NCBI GenBank assembly: GCA_034440375.1
Contig: JAWXBZ010000076.1
Location: 1 to 12,636, forward strand
Source of the DNA: Candidatus Eiseniibacteriota bacterium
GTDB taxonomy: Bacteria > Eisenbacteria > RBG-16-71-46 > JABDJR01 > JAWXBZ01
Direction: 5' to 3'
Length of the DNA stretch: 12,636 nucleotides
Part shown: positions 1-4,745 of the stretch, in pieces
Numbering within the stretch: the first letter of the stretch is position 1
How the letters are laid out: every line of letters begins with the position of its first letter
Position numbers and translations under genes: made by a program
Notes under the pieces: model-generated
Seen by the model: only the letters and a program-made list of their open reading frames with translations
Databases searched by the model: none
Told to the model about the DNA's origin: nothing

Positions 1-2
1 AG

Positions 3-1013
3 ATGTCGGTGGCCCAGTACCTCGACTCGATCGGTTCCACCGGCTGGCTCCGCAAGGTGATCGATGTGGCCTACGTCACCGAGTACGGCCTCGAGGCCGC
101 CGAGCAGTCGGCCCTCAACTTCATCTTCCTGATCGGTACCGGCGACTTGTCCGACGCCTCGTCGTTCGAGTTGTTCGGCGAGAGCGACGAGCGCTATAAG
201 GTCAAGGGGGGCAACCAGCGCGTCGTGGACGAGCTGGCCAAACGCCTCGAGCCGCAGATCCAGCGGCGGCACAAGCTGGAAGCCGTCCGGAGTCGGGGTG
301 CCGGCTTTACGCTCACCTTCCAGACCGATGGCGGGCCGAAGGACGAGGAGGCGGACATCGTCGTTCTGGCGGTCCCCTTCACCATGTTGCGCGAGGTGAG
401 CCTGCCGCCGGATCTGCCGCCGGTCAAGATGGCGGCCATCCGCGATCTCGGTTACGGCATGAACGCCAAGGTCCTGGTCGGCTTCAAGAATCGCCCCTGG
501 ATCCAGAAGGGGTACTCCGGCTCCAGCTACAGCGACGAGTCGTACCAGCTCGCCTGGGACAACAGCTTCCTGCAGGCCGGCACGGAAGGAGGCCTCACCC
601 TCTACTCCGGCGGTCGCCCAGGCCTCGAGGCCGGAAATGGCACCGCCGAGGAAGCGGCCATGCGACTCATGCCCGGCATCGAGCGTACGTACCCGGGTGC
701 CACACGCCTTCGGAACGGCAAGACGTCGCGCTTCCACTGGCCGACCTTTCCATGGACGAAGGCCAGCTATGCCTGCTACAAGCCGGGGCAGTGGACGTCG
801 ATCGCCGGGGCGGAGGGCGAACCGGTGGGCAATCTCTTCTTCGCGGGCGAACATTGCAGCTATGACTTCCAGGGATACATGAACGGCGCCGCACAATCGG
901 GGCTGGATACCGCGAAGGCCATCATGGCTTTGCTGAGCGGCACCCCGCTCGATAGCGGTGCCCCCCGGGACAGCGGCGCCCGTCTTGAACATCACACGAT
1001 CGCGGTCGGTTGA
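3..1013 (+). CDS. Flavin monoamine oxidase / amino-oxidase family FAD-dependent oxidoreductase, 5'-partial
   Basis: Shows the family motifs 'YKVKGGNQRVVDELA', 'ADIVVLAVP', 'LGYGMNAKV' and the C-terminal FAD-binding 'LFFAGEHCSYDFQGYMNGAAQSG'. The N-terminal GxGxxG Rossmann motif is absent and no upstream stop is visible, so the true start is probably left of the window. Confidence 0.9.
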   Translation: MSVAQYLDSIGSTGWLRKVIDVAYVTEYGLEAAEQSALNFIFLIGTGDLSDASSFELFGESDERYKVKGGNQRVVDELAKRLEPQIQRRHKLEAVRSRGAGFTLTFQTDGGPKDEEADIVVLAVPFTMLREVSLPPDLPPVKMAAIRDLGYGMNAKVLVGFKNRPWIQKGYSGSSYSDESYQLAWDNSFLQAGTEGGLTLYSGGRPGLEAGNGTAEEAAMRLMPGIERTYPGATRLRNGKTSRFHWPTFPWTKASYACYKPGQWTSIAGAEGEPVGNLFFAGEHCSYDFQGYMNGAAQSGLDTAKAIMALLSGTPLDSGAPRDSGARLEHHTIAVG

Positions 1014-1014
1014 C

Positions 1015-1020
1015 GGGAGG
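1015..1020 (+). promoter_or_regulatory. Shine-Dalgarno site for the ATG at 1028
   Basis: GGGAGG lies just after the TGA at 1011-1013 and 7 nt before the ATG at 1028-1030. Confidence 0.75.
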
Positions 1021-1027
1021 ATTGCCA

Positions 1028-2125
1028 ATGAAAGTTCGGGGATCGGAATCGGGCGCCATCCACCTGACGGTGGCCGGCAGGCTCTTGATCGTGATGGTTG
1101 GGCTGGCCGTGCTCGGATTCGCGGCGTGGACGTATCGCGATCGGCTGCCATTCAAGATGCCGGGCGGTGGGACAAAGGTGACCGCCACGAAGCAGGCGGA
1201 ACTGCCGACTGCCGGCGCCACCACGCAGAATCAGGCCACGGGCGGCGTCATGGCCCGCATCGCCCGTGACGGCGTCCTGCGCGTCGGCATGGAGCCGGAT
1301 GCCGCGCCGCTTCACTTCGTCAACGATCGGAAGCAGGAAGACGGCTTCGATTTCCGCCTGGCCGGCGTCATCGCCGAGGCGTTGAAGGCCGGGAAGGTGC
1401 AGGTCGTGGAGGCGGACTACGAGGAACTCCCCGGCAAACTGGTGGCCGGCGAAATCGACCTGATCATGGCCGGCTATGTCCCCGACCCCTCCATCGAAGG
1501 CGTGGACTGGTCAAACGGCTACCTGGACTTCGGCCTCTGCATGATCGTGCACGAGGGGCTGGTGTCGCAGTTCCGCTCCCCCGCCGACCTGGCCGGGAAG
1601 CGAGTGGCCATCTACGATGATCCGGCCGCCGAGCGCTGGGTGCAGCAGAACATACCCGGCGCCCGGATCGCCAAGTTCTCCGGCGACAGCGGCTGGTTCG
1701 AGGCCGTGGAAAACGACCAGGCCGACGCCTTGATCTACGACTATCCGTTCGCCGCCGAGGAGATCAAGGAACACCCCCGCACGGTCATCGCGCGCTACAA
1801 CCTCAACCAGTCGAAGTACGCGGTGGGCGTCCCGAAGGGAAATTACGACCTGATCTACGAGGTGAACCAGGCGCTCGACCGCTTCAAGGCAACGCCCGCC
1901 TACGTCGACCTGATGCGCGAATATCTCTCCAGCTCGTCGGAGATTTTCATGAAGCCCATCGCCGGCAAGAAGACCTACACCGTCAAGCAGGGGGACACCC
2001 TCAGCATGATCGCCCAGCGAGAACTCGGAAACACCGCCCGCTGGCGGGAGATCTGGGATCTGAACCGCGACCGCGTGGCCAACGAGAACTTGATCTATCC
2101 CCGGCTGGTGCTGGTGATGCCTTAA
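1028..2125 (+). CDS. Membrane-anchored family-3 (polar amino-acid type, PBP2 fold) substrate-binding protein with C-terminal LysM domain
   Basis: Hydrophobic helix LLIVMVGLAVLGFAAWTY (~1082-1135). SBP_bac_3 motifs 'GVLRVGMEPDAAPLHF', 'DGFDFRLA', 'LVAGEIDLIMAG', 'DLAGKRVAI', 'ADALIYD' and 'EVNQAL'. LysM 'TYTVKQGDTLSMIAQRELG...IWDLNRD...NLIYPRLVLVMP' (~1973-2122). Start placed at ATG 1028 rather than TTG 1010 because of the RBS. Confidence 0.88.
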   Translation: MKVRGSESGAIHLTVAGRLLIVMVGLAVLGFAAWTYRDRLPFKMPGGGTKVTATKQAELPTAGATTQNQATGGVMARIARDGVLRVGMEPDAAPLHFVNDRKQEDGFDFRLAGVIAEALKAGKVQVVEADYEELPGKLVAGEIDLIMAGYVPDPSIEGVDWSNGYLDFGLCMIVHEGLVSQFRSPADLAGKRVAIYDDPAAERWVQQNIPGARIAKFSGDSGWFEAVENDQADALIYDYPFAAEEIKEHPRTVIARYNLNQSKYAVGVPKGNYDLIYEVNQALDRFKATPAYVDLMREYLSSSSEIFMKPIAGKKTYTVKQGDTLSMIAQRELGNTARWREIWDLNRDRVANENLIYPRLVLVMP

Positions 2126-2143
2126 GGGCGGGATCATGCGGCT

Positions 2144-3180
2144 AGTCCGCGGCAGGTGGGGAAGACGACGACGTGCCGGAGCCACGCGGACACCTACCTG
2201 AACTGGGACAATGTTGATGACCGTGAGAGCCTCCTGGCCGGGCCAGGTGCAATCGCAGCGCGGTCGGGATTGGATCAGTTGGTGGTTACCCCGCCAACGG
2301 TGCTTTTCGACGAATTGCACAAGTATTCCCGCTGGAAGCAGTTCCTGAAGGGGTTTTACGATACCTACGCGGAACAGGTCCGAATCATCGTCACCGGCAG
2401 CAGCCGAATGGACGTGTACCGACGCGGCGGGGACAGCCTGATGGGGCGGTATCGGAGTCCGAGTACGGGGCCCTCTGGAATCATGGTGGATACCCGGAGC
2501 CGTTTCTGAAACGCGACGCGCGCTTCAGTCGCCGGTGGCAATCATTGAGGCGGGCCCAGCTCGTACGGGAGGACATCCGCGATCTGACGCAGATTCAACA
2601 GCTCGACCAGCTGGACTCGCTCGTAGCGCGCCTCACGACCCGATCGGCCCGGCAGTTGGTGTTTGGAAACCTCGCGAAGGAAGTCCGCGTTTCGATCGAT
2701 ACCGTTCGGCGATGGGTCGAGGTACTTCGCGATCTTCACCTGGGGTTTCTGGTCAGACCCTGGTTCCAAAACGTGTCAAGATCGCTCCGCAAGGAGCCAA
2801 AGTGGTTTCTCCGCGACTGGGCCGCCATCGAGGATGCCGGAGACCGGGCCGAGACCTTCATCGCCTGCCACATGCTCAAGGCGGTGGATGGCTGGAATGA
2901 CATGGGCCTCGGGGCCTTCGAACTCAAATACTTGAGGGGCAAGGAAAAGAGGGAAGTCGACCTGGTCGTTGTACGGGACGGCAATCCCTGGTTTCTCGTC
3001 GAGGTGAAACAGAAGGCGGCGACCATCGGTGGCGCACTGAGGTACTTTCAGAATCGGTTGGGAGTGCCGCACGCCTTTCAGGTGGTGATCGACGCGGACT
3101 ATGTGGACGCCGATTGTTTCGCGAGACCGGGGACGGCAATGGTTGTTCCCGTAAGGACGTTTCTGGCTCAGCTCTTGTAG
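2144..3180 (+). pseudogene. Disrupted AAA+ ATPase (AAA_14 plus DUF4143 / C-terminal PD-(D/E)xK-like), split over two frames
   Basis: Frame of ORF 2156: 'SPRQVGKTT' (Walker A, 2144-2170), 'VLFDELHK' (Walker B, ~2300-2323) and 'IIVTGSS...DSLMGRY' ending at 2452. The homologous reading resumes in the frame of ORF 2545 at ~2452 with 'SESEYGALWNHGGYPEPFLKRDARFSRRWQSLRRAQLVREDIRDL...EVDLVVVRDGNPWFLVEVK'. There is no in-frame start codon between the TAA at 2123-2125 and the Walker A. Confidence 0.8.
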
Positions 3181-3211
3181 TGGGCCGTGCAGTTTTCGGC
3201 GCCCGGCTTGC

Positions 3212-3450
3212 TCAGCGCGTGACGACCCAGCGCCGCGCCGCGATCAAGCCCTGCGCCGTCTGGACGCGCACGAAGTAGACGCCCGAGTGGGGCAGACCCG
3301 GGTCCCACACTACGGTGTGCGTTCCTTCGCCATAGGCCGCCGGCGGACGTTCGGCCACGAAGCGGCCAGCCCCGAGGTTGGTTCTGGTAATGACAACCGG
3401 GACTTCCGGTGTGCCCGAAACGCCGATGACCGTCTGCGGTGACGGCCCGC
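3212..3450 (-). pseudogene. Orphan T9SS type-A / FlgD-like C-terminal sorting-domain fragment (gene remnant or small protein); upstream boundary uncertain
   Basis: The 3' end of ORF 3212..3826 reads 'AGRFVAERPPAAYGEGTHTVVWDPGLPHSGVYFVRVQTAQGLIAARRWVVTR*'. This fits the GRxV...GxHxVxWD...SGVYFxR...RxxxxR* pattern and resembles the tail of the giant protein in this window. Third positions are mostly G/C over ~3212-3372. There is no PNPF motif and no convincing start. Confidence 0.55.
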
Positions 3451-3506
3451 GAGTCGCTGGGTCGATGCACCCGGTGAATGGGAACAGACTGGACAAGATG
3501 CCCCAA

Positions 3507-3535
3507 TTGAACGTGGTTTTTCGTCGTTGGATGAT
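3507..3535 (+). promoter_or_regulatory. Possible sigma70-type promoter for the 3669 gene
   Basis: TTGAAC (3507-3512), a 17 bp spacer, then GATGAT (3530-3535), in a locally AT-richer intergenic stretch. Each box matches consensus at 4 of 6 positions. Confidence 0.25.
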
Positions 3536-3654
3536 CGGATGAGTTGTATTAGTGGCCCCAAAGCACCGGTGGGTCGATAGCCAATCGAGGAATACTCGAG
3601 TCGTCGGGTCCTGGGTCACTCGACGGCCGCATCGCTGAACGACACGGTCCAATT

Positions 3655-3659
3655 GAGGA
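3655..3659 (+). promoter_or_regulatory. Shine-Dalgarno site for the ATG at 3669
   Basis: GAGGA followed by an A-rich spacer before the ATG at 3669. Confidence 0.6.
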
Positions 3660-3668
3660 AAACACGAC

Positions 3669-4736
3669 ATGCCGTCACTTCGTAACATTTCCCGGCTGGG
3701 CGGGCTCATCACTTTCGCGGGATTGACCGCCTGCTCCGATGAAGGTTCCGGAACCACCGCCCCCTTCCGCGGCGATCGCCAACCGGCACCGGTAACGGCG
3801 GCCGCCGTACTGAACGAAGACTTCACCAGTCGGCAGGTCTTTCCAACCGATAACTGGTGGAATCACGACATCACCACGGCACCGGTCGATCCGAATTCGC
3901 AGGCATTCATCAATTGGATCAGCGGCCGGACTCCGCAGAACCCGACGGCCACCCGGCGGCTTCATCCTGATTTCGGTCCGCCCCCCTACGGGATTCCGTA
4001 TGTCGGCGTCGACGGAACGCAGGCACGCCTGTCCGTGACTTTTGTCCTGCACGGCAATGAGAGTGATGCTGGCGCTCCCGGAATGCCGGCCGGCTATCCG
4101 ATTCCGATCGAGGCGCGCACCCTGCCGAACTACATCGAGGGGGGCGTCATCGGCGGGGGCACGAGTGGCGATCGCCATCTCATCCTGATCGATCGCGATA
4201 ACTGGCTGCTGTTCGAAACGTGGGCCACACGCTGGAACAGTGCGCTGAATCGATGGGAGGCCGGATCCGGAGCCGTGTTCAATCTGGCCACGAATGATCG
4301 GCGTCCGGATGGCTGGACCTCGGCCGATGCCGCCGGCCTGGCCATCTTTCCAGGATTGATCCGCGTGGACGAAGCATTCGGCGCCGGCGAGATCTTCCAC
4401 GCCTTCCGCTTCACGACCCGCGCCACCAACGGCTACGTCTGGCCGGCGTCACACACGGCCGGTTCCGATCCCAGCGCGCCGCCGATGGGAACGCGCCTGC
4501 GGATGAAAGCCACGACCAACATCGCCGGGTACACGCCGGAACTGCAGCGAATTTTTCGCGCGATGAAGCGCCATGGACTGATCCTGGCCGACAACGGCAG
4601 CGACATGTACATCCAGGGCACCATGGATTCTCGCTGGGACAACGACATCCTGAATCCGGCTTTTCATGGCCTGGATGCCGATGACTTCGAGGTCATCCAG
4701 CTTGGCTGGCAGCCGCAGGTTTCCTCGGTTCCCTGA
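3669..4736 (+). CDS. Putative lipoprotein, conserved uncharacterised secreted domain
   Basis: Signal peptide MPSLRNISRLGGLITFAG with lipobox LTAC (Cys22) and a Ser/Gly/Thr/Pro linker. The following globular domain carries 'FPTDNWWNHDI', 'YGIPY', 'GDRH', 'WEAGSGAVFNL', 'WTSADAAGLAIFPGL', 'HAFRFT', 'PPMGTRLR' and 'ILADNGS', which I recognise from a widespread hypothetical family. RBS present. Confidence 0.8.
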   Translation: MPSLRNISRLGGLITFAGLTACSDEGSGTTAPFRGDRQPAPVTAAAVLNEDFTSRQVFPTDNWWNHDITTAPVDPNSQAFINWISGRTPQNPTATRRLHPDFGPPPYGIPYVGVDGTQARLSVTFVLHGNESDAGAPGMPAGYPIPIEARTLPNYIEGGVIGGGTSGDRHLILIDRDNWLLFETWATRWNSALNRWEAGSGAVFNLATNDRRPDGWTSADAAGLAIFPGLIRVDEAFGAGEIFHAFRFTTRATNGYVWPASHTAGSDPSAPPMGTRLRMKATTNIAGYTPELQRIFRAMKRHGLILADNGSDMYIQGTMDSRWDNDILNPAFHGLDADDFEVIQLGWQPQVSSVP

Positions 4737-4745
4737 CAGGCCGTC

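Noticed and set aside
1010..1027. TTG start at 1010 for the SBP-LysM gene
   Set aside because: The strong GGGAGG lies downstream of it and is correctly spaced for the ATG at 1028.
1040..1135. 'SESG-AIHLT' plus hydrophobic helix as a prepilin/Flp cleavage site
   Set aside because: It lacks the Glu at +5, and no pilus genes are nearby.
1511..2320. 269 aa minus-strand ORF
   Set aside because: It is antisense to the well-supported SBP-LysM gene and has no domain features.
2445..2465. Programmed ribosomal frameshift in the ATPase
   Set aside because: There is no slippery heptamer, conserved residues are missing at the junction, and the gene also lacks a start.
3182..3205. GC hairpin between the ATPase and the orphan CTD as an intrinsic terminator
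   Set aside because: The stem is short and bulged with a 9-nt loop, and there is no flanking U-tract on either strand.
3451..3826. N-terminal ~125 aa of the 204 aa minus-strand ORF as a real protein
   Set aside because: It overlaps the lipoprotein start and the AT-richer intergenic region and does not look protein-like. Only the CTD-like 3' end is credible.
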